The position numbers and the translations under genes are program-made. A stretch of 64,000 bases of DNA from Plasmodiophora brassicae (taxonomy: Eukaryota), in NCBI GenBank assembly GCA_036867785.1, contig CP145422.1:186001-250000 (forward strand), in the 5' to 3' direction. The stretch's first letter is position 1; the number at the start of each line of letters is the position of its first letter. A model generated the notes under the pieces. It saw only the letters and a list, made by a program, of their open reading frames with translations, was not told where the DNA came from and did not search any database. Shown piece by piece: positions 10,506-22,810 of the stretch.

Positions 10506-11648
10506 ATGTATATAATCGTTGTGTTGCATACCCTGCTCCTGGTCGCGCTGATCGCTGACATCGCGGGTGCGGTCACGCACGTCATCTCCCGCGATAATGT
10601 CGACCACGTCGTCGATACGTCGGCCGCCGTTGCACATTCCGGGCACCTGCACGGCCTGATCGCTAGCGCGGGGCATGACCAGTCTGGAACCACGGCGGTC
10701 GTCGTCCTGCCCACCGTTGCCGACGCCGAATTATCGACCATCGTGGAGTTTATCAACAGCATCGCAGTGGACCAGGTATGGCTACCTTGTGCGGTCGTTG
10801 TCCACTGGCGCCCCGCGACTGATGATCACGACGTACAGGTTAACACGCACGGTCCGGGTTGGGCTCGCGAAAAGCTCGCAACCATGGATCACGACGCCCT
10901 ATGTCAACTGGTGACGGCCGCGTATGACCTGGACATGCGCACGTTGGCGGCAACCATCATGTGGACGAAACGCACGTGGAGCGACATCGTTGCGATGCGC
11001 GTCGCGCTTCACAGGGACGTCTTCCGCTTCGCTGTCATGAACGCTCCAGCCGTCCTTCGTGTAACGGGACAGGCGCGTACGGGCGACCAGGCGAAGATCG
11101 CTCGGACGATCCAGAATCTCCTCGTCATCGGCAGCAAGAACGTCCACCTGCTCAATGTCCCCGTCTGGGAATCGAGCATGAACGTGCTCCAATGGGCTGC
11201 ACGGTATGGCGAGGTCTCTGTGGCCGAGATGCTGGCCAGTGCCCCCGGCATCGACGTGAATGCTCGCAATGAGTTCGGCGCGACCCCGTTGCACCTGGCC
11301 GTCATTGGGGGACACCTCGGCGTCGTCCAGCTGCTGGTGCAGGCCCGCCGGATCGACGTCAATCCTCGCGACTACATGGGGATGACACCGTTGCACAAAG
11401 CCGTTCGCATGGGCCATGAGGCGATCGTGAGGGTGCTCGTGGCCGACCCTGCGATTGACGTCAATGCTCGGGACGGGAACCTGCAGACGCCGTTGCACTA
11501 CGCTGCCGAAGTATTGGGAAACGATCGCATCTTCGAGATGCTACTGGACGTCCCTGGGGTCGACCTCAACGCGCGTAACAAACGCCGACTGACACCGGGG
11601 GAGATCGCGCTCCACGTGGCCAACACCCTGACCCGTTGTTCCATGTGA
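10506..11648 (+). CDS. Secreted Skp1/BTB-like + ankyrin-repeat protein (copy 1)
   Basis: Hydrophobic N-terminal signal (MYIIVVLHTLLLVALIADIAGA), Skp1-like ISRD...LPTVADAELSTIVEFI...LVTAAYDLDM, 4-5 TPLH ankyrin repeats; 63-nt intron 10776-10838. Confidence 0.85.
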   Translation: MYIIVVLHTLLLVALIADIAGAVTHVISRDNVDHVVDTSAAVAHSGHLHGLIASAGHDQSGTTAVVVLPTVADAELSTIVEFINSIAVDQVWLPCAVVVHWRPATDDHDVQVNTHGPGWAREKLATMDHDALCQLVTAAYDLDMRTLAATIMWTKRTWSDIVAMRVALHRDVFRFAVMNAPAVLRVTGQARTGDQAKIARTIQNLLVIGSKNVHLLNVPVWESSMNVLQWAARYGEVSVAEMLASAPGIDVNARNEFGATPLHLAVIGGHLGVVQLLVQARRIDVNPRDYMGMTPLHKAVRMGHEAIVRVLVADPAIDVNARDGNLQTPLHYAAEVLGNDRIFEMLLDVPGVDLNARNKRRLTPGEIALHVANTLTRCSM

Positions 11649-11761
11649 TTGGGGTTTCACCACCTCGGTAAATTGATGCAATAATTAAGACAGCGATCGA
11701 TCAGAGCACACCAAGCGTCATGTCAGGGTCCTCCGGAAGCATATCTGACAGGCCGGTACGT

Positions 11762-12634
11762 TCATTGTTTACTCGCCTTGTAATGGTCCGGTATTTGGAA
11801 CCGTCGTTCCGGCGCGCTCGTCCACGTTGAACGAATGCGATCGCTCAGCGCCAGCCACATGGCGAAGCTCTTCGGGACGACGAACTCCGCTTCGGCCACG
11901 CACAGCAGGACGCCTCGATCGAACCGCTTCGTCATGCGCGCCTGGAACTCGTCGAACGTCTCGCGTAATTCGTGCTGCTGCTGCTGATGCTGCCTCTGTT
12001 TCATGTCGTCCGGGGCCAGCCGCTCGGCGTTCAGGATGACCGCGCGGATGATCACCTTCCTGTCGTAGTCGCCGGCGAAGCCGACCGTTGTCGTATGGAT
12101 GACCGCATAGGAGTCGGTTCGTACCGGATGCAGGTACCGCACGTTCAGCCAGCTGGTGTACGCCAGCATGCGACCGGGCAGCTGGGGCACGGCAGTGAAC
12201 GCCATCATTTCGTCAAGCAGCGCAGCCAGGAGGCCGCCGTGCACCGTGCGTTCGTTGCCGGCGAGGCCGTCGCCGAGGGCGTAGAACCCGACCAGCTGGG
12301 CGTTGGCCTCGTCGACGTACACCCGAGGGGATACCGGAAGCTTGTCCTGGCCCCGTAGCGTGGTTGCCAGCAGGTGACGCTTCCGAAGGTAGCCTGGGAG
12401 GATGTCGTGCGGGCACAGCAGGTGCATGCCCGGTTGGACGGTACCCAGCGCGCGGAAGATTGGGAGGCTTTCAAGTCCCGCCAGTCGACCGGGATCGTCG
12501 TCAATGGTCGTAGTGATGGGCGTATCGGGACCAATTGTGTCCCGTTGGGTGGCAGCATGGTACCCGAGTGCGGCACCGGTGCCGAGCAAGGCGCCTCCAG
12601 CTGGCAGAAGCCGCCACACGCGCCCTGCCAGCAT
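11762..12634 (-). CDS. Hotdog-fold acyl-CoA thioesterase (THEM4/PaaI-like), probably mitochondrial
   Basis: VHGGLLAALLDEMM and AYTSWLNVRYLHPV motifs; Arg-containing, acid-free N-terminus. Confidence 0.85.
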   Translation of the reverse strand: MLAGRVWRLLPAGGALLGTGAALGYHAATQRDTIGPDTPITTTIDDDPGRLAGLESLPIFRALGTVQPGMHLLCPHDILPGYLRKRHLLATTLRGQDKLPVSPRVYVDEANAQLVGFYALGDGLAGNERTVHGGLLAALLDEMMAFTAVPQLPGRMLAYTSWLNVRYLHPVRTDSYAVIHTTTVGFAGDYDRKVIIRAVILNAERLAPDDMKQRQHQQQQHELRETFDEFQARMTKRFDRGVLLCVAEAEFVVPKSFAMWLALSDRIRSTWTSAPERRFQIPDHYKASKQ

Positions 12635-12753
12635 TGTTGCGTTGCTGTGGGGTATTCTTTGATGACGGGCAGCAGGAACGTCAGACGACCTGACGATGAC
12701 CGGGCAAGTACGTACACCAGCGAGAGGCCACGGCCTCGAATCGGAAACCTACT

Positions 12754-13350
12754 ATGATTTATCGGACGACGACTCAGAGTGACCTCTGGCTCCACCATCC
12801 CGCCCTACCCCGTAAACATAACCGTGTTCAGGGCATACCACACTGCCAGAGTTCCGTCAGCGAGGTCCAGTCCAGTGCTGCCGCCAACGCACGCTCGCGT
12901 TCACTCGGGGATCAAGAGTTATACATCTCATGTGACTGCGCCGCTTTATCGGATACCGGGAGGCCCTAACCTCTGAACCCATAACTTGGACGAGTGACAG
13001 GGAGCAGATGCCTTGCGCACGTCGTGAAGAACATTCTGGGGCGCCTGCACCGTCGGTCCCGCGTGCTGCGGCAGCACGTTGCATAGTGCTGCTCCTATGC
13101 AACGCCTGATGTCGAACATCGACGGCGCGTAATATGTATCAGTAACATGTGACGCCTGGCGAAGTCGTTCGTCTGGCGCGTTGCACAGAGGCTCCAGGGG
13201 CGCCAAACCTCGCCAGAGCATTGAGCGCGTCGACCCTGAGGTCTGCCATCACGAGCAACGGAAAGCCTGCGGGTCCAGCAAATCAGTGAAGGATTCGCTA
13301 TACCGCGGTCCGATTAACCCCAGCGTGCCACATTGTCATCCGGTATTGAT
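12754..13350 (+). pseudogene. Degenerate hAT (Ac-like) transposase relic
   Basis: BED-finger-like SDLWLHH...HC...ANARS; GA*YVSVTCDAWRS (first catalytic D motif with in-frame stop, ~13130-13170); SAITSNG and ACHIV fragments in shifted frames. Confidence 0.5.
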
Positions 13351-13556
13351 AGATAAGCGGTGGATCACGTGTGGCCCGCGCCACTGGCACAGGGGCAACG
13401 TCGAGGGGACTCCCGAGCCGACACCGCACTGCGCAACAGAAAGCGGCTATGAATAGATTCGGTAGTGCGAGGGCTGAGGACTTTTCGAGTCGTGCGCCAG
13501 GCAAGGGTGGGCCATCGAGCAGCGAACCGTTTGTCATAGTGTCGCCTGACGCCCTC

Positions 13557-14705
13557 ATGGCCTGCGGTCCGTATTACCCAGTGCTGCGTCCGCTCGCGCT
13601 GATTGCGTTGATCTGTGCCACCACCGAGTCGGGCACGGTCCTTGTTTCCCGGGACCATGGTGCCTGCATCGTTGATGCATCGGCTGCCGCCGCCCGTTCC
13701 AGGTACTTGCGCCACCTGATTGATATCGCGGAGCCTGACGAATCCGGGAACACGCTCCTGCACCTGCGCAACGTAGACGATGCCGAACTGAGGACAATCG
13801 TGGAGTTTATCAACACATGCACGTGCTCGAAGCATGAGGTAATGATATTTGCTCGCAACAATCGCTGCCCATTGACACCAAACTGATGTTTGTCACCCAA
13901 ACAGACCGGTCGTTGGGCTCAAAGGCACCTCGCGGCCATGGATCGCGATGCACTCTGCAAATTAATGACAGCCGCGCACAACCTGGGCATGCCATCGTTG
14001 GCGACAGCAATCATGTGGACGAAACGCACTTGGAACGATATCATCGCGATGCGAGAACGTCTGAAAAGGAACGTATTCCGTTTCGCTGTCAGCAAATCTC
14101 CAGTGATTCTTCGCCTTAAGCACATGGCGCTGACGGACGACCAGGTGGAGATCGTCCAGACGATCCAGGATCTCCTGGTCGTTGGAAGCACGTACGTCCA
14201 CCTGCTCAACCTCGTCGTGTGGGATTCCGGCATGAACGTGCTCCAGTGGGCGGCGCAACACGGCGAGACCTTGGTCGTCGAACTGCTGGTCAGTGCTCCA
14301 GGAATCGACGTGGACGCTCGCGATGAATTCGGCAGTACGCCGTTGCACCTGGCCGTGTCCGGGGGACACATCGGTGTAGTCCGGCTGCTGGTGGACGCTC
14401 GCCAGTTCAAGGTCAATTGTCGCGACCACCAGGGGAGGACGCCGTTGCACATTGCCGCAGACATGGGCCGCGACGATATCGTGCGGGTTCTCCAGGGAGG
14501 CTCTACGATTGGCGTTACTGATCGGAAAGCCAACGCCCTTGCATTACGCTCCTCGCAGGCGGGGCCACGAACGCACGATTCGGGACGTGATCCCTGGGAT
14601 CGACATCAACCCGCGTATACGAACCGACCGCCGGCAGACGCCGGCGCTGATCGATTCAGCTGTTCGGCACCAACGCAGACGGCTTTGTCAAACCCGCCGG
14701 TCTGA
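13557..14705 (+). CDS. Secreted Skp1/BTB-like + ankyrin protein (copy 2), C-terminal repeats frameshifted
   Basis: Signal-like N-terminus, LRNVDDAELRTIVEFI, LMTAAHNLGM, intron 13839-13904; the next TPLHYA repeat lies in another frame at ~14533. Confidence 0.78.
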
Positions 14706-15621
14706 CGTTCTCCCATTTGTCTAAAGCGGGTTTGTCTTATCAATGATTCGTCCCGTAGTGAGATTCGGCAAGCGTACCTATCGGCAGTGCCTGCATATAG
14801 GCGACCGCAGCACGCGAACGCACGCCTTCGCCCTGAGCAAGGTTGCGCGTTCGCCCTAGCAGCATCCACTGAACCGGTGCCGTCCAGTAGCAGCAGCAGC
14901 AGCAGCAGCGCTGAGCGTCCGAGCGAGCCTGCAGCCGCATCGTCCAACGCCAATCGTCGCGTGCGGCAGTATGAGCCCGCCCGTGTCGCGTTGGCACCTT
15001 CTGCGTTCGTTCGGTCGTTCGACGCCTGGTCGACCTTATACGGCTTACCATTGTCGGATGACCAGGGATGCCGAGGCATACGCACAGGCTGCGTCAGCTG
15101 ACAAAGTCTGGCGCCTGCGTTGCACCATGCAGCGGTTGACCTGGACAGCCGCGTACATGACGTCCGGCGGCTCATTCGAGCCCGGTACCTGAGCCCGGCA
15201 TGACTATTGCAGCCAAGCGGAAGAGCGTTCACCGAGTGTCAATATGGCGTCCAGTGATCAGGATGAGGCGGCAACGCCTTCCTAAGGACGTCGTGGGTGC
15301 AGTCTGGACTCGCTGTTCAACGCGATCCTATCAGGTGCCGTCGAGATGGTGCGGACCCAGATCGGCCTCATCACGATTTGCGCGAGGGCTCTGTGGAGCC
15401 AAGCCATGTGCATTTGCTGCCGCCGCCAATGGCCTGTTTTCATTCGCGCGATCGATTCGCGGATCGATCTGACGCGGCCGACTGTACGGTTCTCTAGAAA
15501 TAGATAGCGGCAGCGAGTCCGTCCCAGCAGCCGGGTCGATCATTCAGGGTTTGACGTCAAAGCCATCCACCTGGTGACTATCTTTCAACGGCATCGCACG
15601 CACACCGTTCATAATCAAATC

Positions 15622-16699
15622 ATGCATCTGATGCGCGCGTCATTCTCCCTGCCCGTGATCGCCCTTCTTGCTGGTCTCTCGAGGCGGTCACGCTCCGTTC
15701 CAGCGACGCCGTCGACCATATCGTCGACACCTCGGCCGCCACTGCCCATTGCGGACTGCTTAACAACCTGGTCGCAGGCCCTGGCCAATTCAACAGCACT
15801 GTTCCCCTGCCCACCATCGCCAACGCAGAACTGAAGACTATCGTGGAGTTCATCGACTCGTTCCCCGTCCACGTTGATGTACGTACGCCCAATATGGTCA
15901 TTATAGTGCGCTGAAACCAACTGATGCCTTGAAACAGGGCGCCCTTGCGGCAAAGTGGGCCCGGGACAGGTTCGCGACGATGGACATTGACGCGCAAGGC
16001 CGTCTTCTGACAGCCGCCTACGATCTCGACATGAGTCCAATGACGACCGCGTTAATGTCGACCAAGCGCACCTGGAGCGATATATACGCGATGCGCGACG
16101 TGCAACGCTACGACGTCTTCATCTCCTGTGCTGAGCATGCACCAGGGATTGCTCGGTTGAAACAAGTCGCCCGTACGGATGAACAGGCGATGGTCGCTGA
16201 GTTGGTTCCGGATTTCATCGCCTTGGGAACCACGGTCACCATGCTTAACAGCATCATATGGGACCGCAAACGAAATGACGACACGCTCCAGTGGGCCGCA
16301 CGTCATGGAGAGCAAGCCGTGGTCGAGGTGTTGGCCAGCGCTCCCGGGATCGACCTCAATGCACGCGACGAATTTGGAATGACGCCGTTGCACTTAGCGG
16401 TACTTGGCGAACACATCGGCATTGTTAACATACTGATCAAGTCACCCGGGATCGTTGTCGACGCACGCGATGACTGGAATATGACGCCCCTGGACTGGGC
16501 ACTGTTCAAGGGATACTCTGACGCTGTCAAGGTTCTGCAGAAGGTGTCAAAGGTAGACAACAATGTCCGCAACGGCAATGGGGAACCTCCTTTGGCGGAC
16601 AAATGGAGACCCGCTCCCATCGTCGATGTGGTGACGAATACCCCTGCAATCGAAGTTGGCTTCGCCGGCAAGAAGGAATTGGGTGAAGCGTTGCCGTAA
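15622..16699 (+). pseudogene. Skp1/BTB-like + ankyrin gene (copy 3); signal peptide out of frame with the body
   Basis: MHLMRASFSLPVIALLAGLS is out of frame with EAVTLRSSDAVDHIVDTSAA at ~15680 (one base missing); conserved intron 15879-15937; 3 ankyrin repeats. Confidence 0.7.
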
Positions 16700-17001
16700 C
16701 CGGTATTAAAGTCTCTATTCTCAGTACTAGGTTGGCCCGCCATTAAAGGTTGCACTTTGGTATTGCTTCCCATCGTTCACTAGCAAGTAGCGTTGTTAAT
16801 CCAATAATATGTGGCGCATTCTTTGTGCAATAGAACGCGGCCTGTGGTGCCTAGTCGTAGTGCCGAGTCCTCGTTCTTCGGCGAACTAGGTCAATCGTAA
16901 CCAACCGCTCGTCATACTGCACTATCAGTGACGTTTGTGCAATTCAACAGGATGCCGAAAGTCTTAATTAATCCAGTTTCGTAACGAACGCTTCCGTCGA
17001 G

Positions 17002-20000
17002 CCGGGTTAGAAAAAATGCCGGTTTCGGCGACCCTGGTCGCCAGGCGAAGGGCCTCGTTGACCCGAAGGAAGCCGCGACGGAGGAATGAAGCTTGATGTT
17101 CTTAATGAATTTGCAGAGTGAGTAAATGACGCCATATCAATGACTTAATGATCGATAACACTGGCCTCAACAGGACACGAAGAGTGCGGAAGTGGCGGAC
17201 CACTCGGACTCCGTGACACTATGAAGGGACTCAGATCCCCTGCAGTCCGCAGTCCGCTCGAAGTTCGACGCCGAGGTCTTCCGCAGGCTGCCGGAGTGCG
17301 CTCGAATCCGAATACCCACCTCGGCGGCAGCGTCTCAGGTGCGAATTGGGATCTGTTTCTTGTCCTCGTTTGCCTCATTGCCGTTGGCGTTTTAGTTTCT
17401 CGCGTAATGGAGTCTGTGAGCAAGTCTCATGAAGAGTGCCTCATAACACTGAAATCAGATTTGGATCGTCTCGGGTTTGACCGGAACGATTTCGCTGGGT
17501 CCGTTAAGCGTAATTCGCACGCTGTCGATGATGCATTGGTGATCGTTCAACGGTATTTGGACACCTGGGCCAAATGCTCGATCGCTGCGATGTACAAGGA
17601 AAAGCTGATGCAATGTCTGTCTTCCGCTGAAGTCATTCATCGCCATGATGATTCAGTCATTATGCCGCCGTCGCGTTCCCCAGTTATCTCGGCTGTTGCA
17701 TCGTCTTCGACTCAACCTCTTAGTCGTTCTCGCGATCAAGTTGTCGTCGACGTCGCATCCGTGCCGGCGTGTTTCGACACAGTCAAGCGGCCACCCTCCC
17801 ATCAGAAGGTATCCTGTCCTGTTGGGAACTGCCGAAGCGTGATGAGGCGCGATAGTTTAAAGCAGCATATTGAGACTATTCACCGAAACGCGCGTACGAT
17901 CAATTCGAAGACGAAACGGACACCATCGTCCAGTTCGCAAACTCGCATCTTCGATTTCATCAAGCGGCCGCGTCTAGATGAGGTTACGTCTCCTAGTGTC
18001 TCAGGTATCGATCTATTCCATGGCATGCACGTACATGTTCTCTAAACCGCGGTTTCATATATAGGTGACAGGGCTGGCATGAGCGCGTCTGCGCCTCCCC
18101 AACCAGATCATTCCGCTGCACAGCACCCTGTAGATGTCGGCGCCTTGTCCCGTTGTGGATCCTCTACGGTGCTCTCTGCGTCGTCTCCGCTTCCCGAATC
18201 GTCATGTCAGCCTCGCGAAGCGACTGAAGGTCATCACCAGTCTTCACGAGCATCTCCTATCGATTCGTCGCCGACACCACAGAGTGCTCGAGATACCACC
18301 CTTCCTCACGGGTCGATGTTGAAAGGCATTTCTCTGTTCTATTCACAGATGCAGACTTTGACTGACTCTCTCCGAGACGATCTGTCGGATCTCCCAGGCC
18401 GAATCGCACGTGCTGTTGTTGATGTTCAGAATCAGGATGCGCTGAACAAAGCAATCGAGGAATCTGCGAATCGAGTAAGGGGCAAAACAATTGATGAGAT
18501 TGCCGAACTCAACCATCTTGTTCGCGTTGATGGTGCTCTGCGCTGTGCACCTTGTGACAAATTTGGCTCATTACATTTGACACCTGGCGCCCAGGGCGTC
18601 ACTGGAATCTTTTCCGTTGATCAAGATCTGAAGAAGCTTAAATATGCCATCGATCGACACTTTCGAAAACCGAACCATCGAACCTGCACTGAGAAGGCAG
18701 CTGCCGACGAACGGTACCGTCGCAACCGGCTAATCGAAGCCATGAATGTCGCCAGGACGGCCTACCGGGTGATCTTTGAAGCTCAATCATACTTGTTTTT
18801 TGAGCGGGAGATTGCTCACATGTATGTCTGCGGCGCTCGTGTCGGCTCTTTGAACCATAGCTGTAAGTTCATCGAGAAATTTCTTCCTGCCCTACGCTCT
18901 GTCATGGTCAAACGTATGGCTGCGTGGATTGACGAGCTGGATCCAGTCATCGGCAATCGGAAGCGACCCTTTTCGATCTGTGCTGACAAGTCCACTGAGT
19001 TGCGACGAACAGGCCAGATTGTCGGTCTCGTTATGCTTGTTGACGGAACCGTGACAGCAATGATGGTAGATAATCGAATCGTGAATTCTGGTGGCGACGA
19101 CGGGACGGCAACTGGCTTGGCCCATTCGCTCATGTCGAGTGTGGCGAAGGTTCTCCCCCATGAATCCGAGTATCGGGAGCGTCTAACCGGTATGGCCTTC
19201 GATGGCCAGTACATCCGTGACGGTGTTCCTGCAGCTGTTCGTGACATCGTGTCCTCTGAATCGTCGAGTAGTTGGCTGACATCTGTATGGGATCCTGCTC
19301 ATATCGTTGAGCTGGCAGTCAACGACGTTCGGAAGGATAAGACGGGCACAATTCCACTCAACAATGTGGAATGGTATTCTACGCTGGCGGCCAACGTCGG
19401 GTTCGTTGTTAACGAAGTACGGCATGGTAAAGCGTACGAAGTCTATGCGACAACCTGCGATCTTCTGTGAGACCCGCTTCGCTGCTTCTGAAGTAGTTGT
19501 CTACCGGAACTTTCTTCGGAATTACGCCTTGTACGTCACCTACTTTGTGGAGAAGAGCTCGGTACCTCCCGGGCGCCGAAAGAATCGCAGCAAAGACGAG
19601 CAAAAGGCGTTTGAGCGGCTTCAATTGCTTCGGGATATGCTTTTCGTCGGTCGTGTTCTGGTTGTCCATGACATGTTGTCACATATCAAAAAGGTACATC
19701 CGACTGTATTCATTCCGCTGGCAAATGCGTTTCTAACTGCCCTTCCAGTTCTCTCTGTATGCACAAACGGTGAATGTTCTGCCGTGGGAGCTCCTGGAGA
19801 AGGGGGATGAACTCCTGTCAGTGTTCAGGCAGATCGAGATGTGCACGCGCGCCGATGCTTCTAGCCGAGAGTTGCCGGATACTCTTTTCCCCTCAATCAC
19901 CACCTCTGGTACCACTTGGCAAGAATTCGTCAAGGGAGAATTTCATGGAATCGCCCTGACTCTCCCGATGATCGACGAGTTTGCTTGTGACGATCGCCGG

Positions 20001-20955
20001 TATGCTCTCGCAGATGTTCCAAAGGTGCTGATGGATGAAGTGTATGACTTCGCCAAAGCATTCGGCCACTTCTTCGAAACCCGTTTCGTGAACTGCAGAA
20101 GCGCTCCCCGACAAGGGGACTCCGGTGGGCATCAGTTCTTTGACGTGGCCGGGCATCATGCCCGTGAGCTGATCAAGAGTATGGGCCAATGCTTTGATCT
20201 TCGGAAGCTATGTCTGAGTCCATGTCCTTTGGGGCGCAGGCGCGAAGGACTGGAGTTCGTCGTGGATGCGGCAACTACTGGAGGCGTCCATTTGCCCGTT
20301 CTGTCGACTATGCACCGTCAGCTGGAAACGCTTAGGCTACGGCTGGTTGACAAAGCGACCAGGGACGCTAAGTGGTTTGAGGCTGAAGTTCGAGGCAAAC
20401 CGGGGACCTCGATCTTGAAATGTGTGTTCACCGAAGAAGACCTTTATAAGGACATCCCGGATATCATGTACCTGCTTGAGCATTGCGTCTTAAAAGTCAG
20501 CAATGAGGCCGTTGTGGAGGGCATGGGCTGCATAATTGCCCGACACGCTGCTCCAGGTCGACATCTCTCCGAGAGGTCTATTGCGGATGAAGCGTTCATC
20601 CATTACAATGGTCCGGATCCCTCGAATGCAGACGGCATTCTGAATGATGCGCTTGATGTGTACTTTAAAGGTGGTGATCATCACTTTTCCCAAACGTCGT
20701 TGAAGGGTCAAGCGTCCCCGTTCGCAGTCATTGGCAAGGTCGTTAAGGGCTACCTTAATCGTAGGATCGCGAAGGTTCCGACTCTGGAGTCTAATAAATG
20801 ACCCGTCGTTGTTTTGACTGGACTGTGCGGTGGATCTACAATAGCGAGCTATGTTACGACCTATCCGAAGGTCGGTTTGGGACCGATCCGAAGGCGAAAT
20901 TGTTGGCGACAGCCTTCGGCTGTCGCCGACCCGTATGGCACTTTTTCTAACCCGG
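17002..20955 (+). mobile_element. hAT-superfamily DNA transposon, 3,954 bp
   Basis: TIRs CCGGGTTAGAAAAA(A/G)TGCC at both ends; perfect 8-bp TSD CCGTCGAG at 16994-17001 and 20956-20963; subterminal hairpins and repeated CCGAAGG motifs. Confidence 0.93.
17221..20801 (+). CDS. hAT transposase (ZNF862-like clade) with N-terminal C2H2 zinc finger; apparent frameshift at ~19460; start codon uncertain
   Basis: CPVGNC...HIETIH finger; FSICADKST, AFDGQY, WDPAH, ETRF, QTVNVLPWE and SNEAVVEGMG motifs; introns 18005-18064 and 19693-19748 restore frame. Confidence 0.85.
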
Positions 20956-21137
20956 CCGTCGAGCGTGCCGTTTCAAGTACCCGTCTTCATACCACGTTAA
21001 CATCCAGCACCGAATCGGACAGCCGCAGAAGCATGAATGCTTGATATCATTGCAAAGGACGCCCGGATCGGATGTGTGCTCTTGGCGAGAAAGCCGCCAA
21101 TGGTCAACACATGCTTTTTGAATGCTCCGACGTGGAT

Positions 21138-21211
21138 GCCTGACTAGCTCAATTGGTCAGAGCGTGGGACTCTTAATCTCAAGGCTCCGGGTTCGAGCCC
21201 CGGGTTGGGCT
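21138..21211 (+). tRNA. tRNA-Lys (anticodon CTT)
   Basis: Cloverleaf: GCCTGAC/GTTGGGC acceptor stem, TGGGA-CTCTTAA-TCTCA anticodon arm, GGTTCGAGCC T-loop. Confidence 0.95.
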
Positions 21212-21539
21212 ATCGTTTTTCCACCGCATCACCACAGCGTGATCTGTCGTTTTGGCTATGGCTACTGTGTATTGGAGTTAGGAATGTAGCGACATGTAGC
21301 GACAGGGTGGAGATGCTCTCAGCTGAGTGCTTCGGACCGGCTGGCACCATAATTACTTCCCCGCGACTGTCGCGCAACATTCTACAGCATGGACCCGCAT
21401 TCTTTCTGCGTAAATTGGTTGATGAAGGGCAGCGGGCATCGATCGAGTGCGGCCTCATTAGCAACCCGACCGGCTTCGACGACGCCGCCTCGACCTGGTG
21501 AAACGTTACGACATCGCAGGCATATATCGCCAGTACAGG

Positions 21540-22810
21540 ATGCCAGTACAGCTGCTAAATGCCATGCTGGGGACCCTTGTCCTCATCACGCTCAGTGGCG
21601 TCAGTGCGCCTGTGACACTCCGCTCCAGAAACGCTGTCGACTACGTCGTCGATTCCCGAAGCGCTGCATCGCATTCCACCAGACTGAGAACCCTAATAGC
21701 GAACCTTGACGAACCCGGCGACACGATCCCGCTTCCCAATGTCTGCGATGCCGAGCTCCAAACTATCGTGGAGTTCATCAATAACATTCCAAAGCGCCAG
21801 GTATGTTCAATCCACATCGATGACGATGTGTGCTCGCCGTCAGTTGATAATCACATACACAGGATGTCCTTGCCGCCCAGTGGGCCCGGAGCAAGCTCGC
21901 CACGACGAGGCTCGATGCGCAATGTCGTTTACTGACGGCCGCCTACGAGCTCGATATGCGTCCGCTCACAAGAGCGATCATGTCGACGAAGCGCAAGTGG
22001 AGTGAGATTAGCGCCATGCGCAAGATGCTTGTGACGAAAGCCTTCCGATTCGATGTCAGGAATGCTCCACCTGTTGCTCTTCTCGAGCAAGCCGCCCAGA
22101 CGTGCGAACAGAAAGCGATCGTCAGGATGATTCGACGACTCATCGTGCTGGGTGGCAGCGCCAACTTCATCAACAGCGCTGCCTGGGATCGCGAACGTAA
22201 AATGAACCTGCTGCAATGGGCCTCCTACAACGGCAAAGTGCTCGTCGCTGAGTTTCTGGCTGATGCTCCCGGCGCGGATGTCAATGCGCCCGATGGCTTT
22301 GGTATGACTTCGTTGCATCTGGCCGTGCTTGGAGGGCACGCCGACGTGGTCGAACTGCTGGTGAACACCCCTGGTGTCGATGTCAATGCGCCGATCCTTA
22401 GCCAATTAGGGGAGACCCCTTTGCATATGGCCGCGTATGGTGGGCACGCAAGTGCTGTGTACAAATTGCTGAAAGCCCCAACTATCGATGTCAACGCCCG
22501 CGACGACTGCCAGATGACGCCGTTGCTCTGGGCCACCTACAAGGGACACACGGATGTCGTGCAGGCGCTGCTGCTTGCCCCGACGATCGATGTCAACGCA
22601 TTCGACGGCGAGCAGCAGGCGCCTTTGCACCTGGCAGCTCGGTATGGATACGAACAGATCGTCAAGCTGCTGTTGGCAGACCCCAATGTCGACAGCAATG
22701 CACGAGAGGGCGTATACCAGAAGACGCCGATCGAGATTGCTGCTCAATGGGGTCACCTTCACCTATGTCTACTAATGGCTGGCGCCGACGATCAGGCGCC
22801 GGTGCCATAG
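21540..22810 (+). CDS. Secreted Skp1/BTB-like + ankyrin protein (copy 4, intact)
   Basis: Signal peptide MPVQLLNAMLGTLVLITLSGVSA; TIPLPNVCDAELQTIVEFI (Skp1 IPLPNV motif); intron 21801-21862 in frame; ~6 ankyrin repeats. Confidence 0.9.

Noticed and set aside
14787-15101. ORF with a (CAG/AGC)n poly-Ser tract between effector copies 2 and 3
   Set aside because: No ATG start or motif; probably a microsatellite in intergenic DNA
17221-18045. Separate cargo gene inside the hAT element
   Set aside because: Intron 18005-18064 joins it in frame to the transposase, so it is the N-terminal exon
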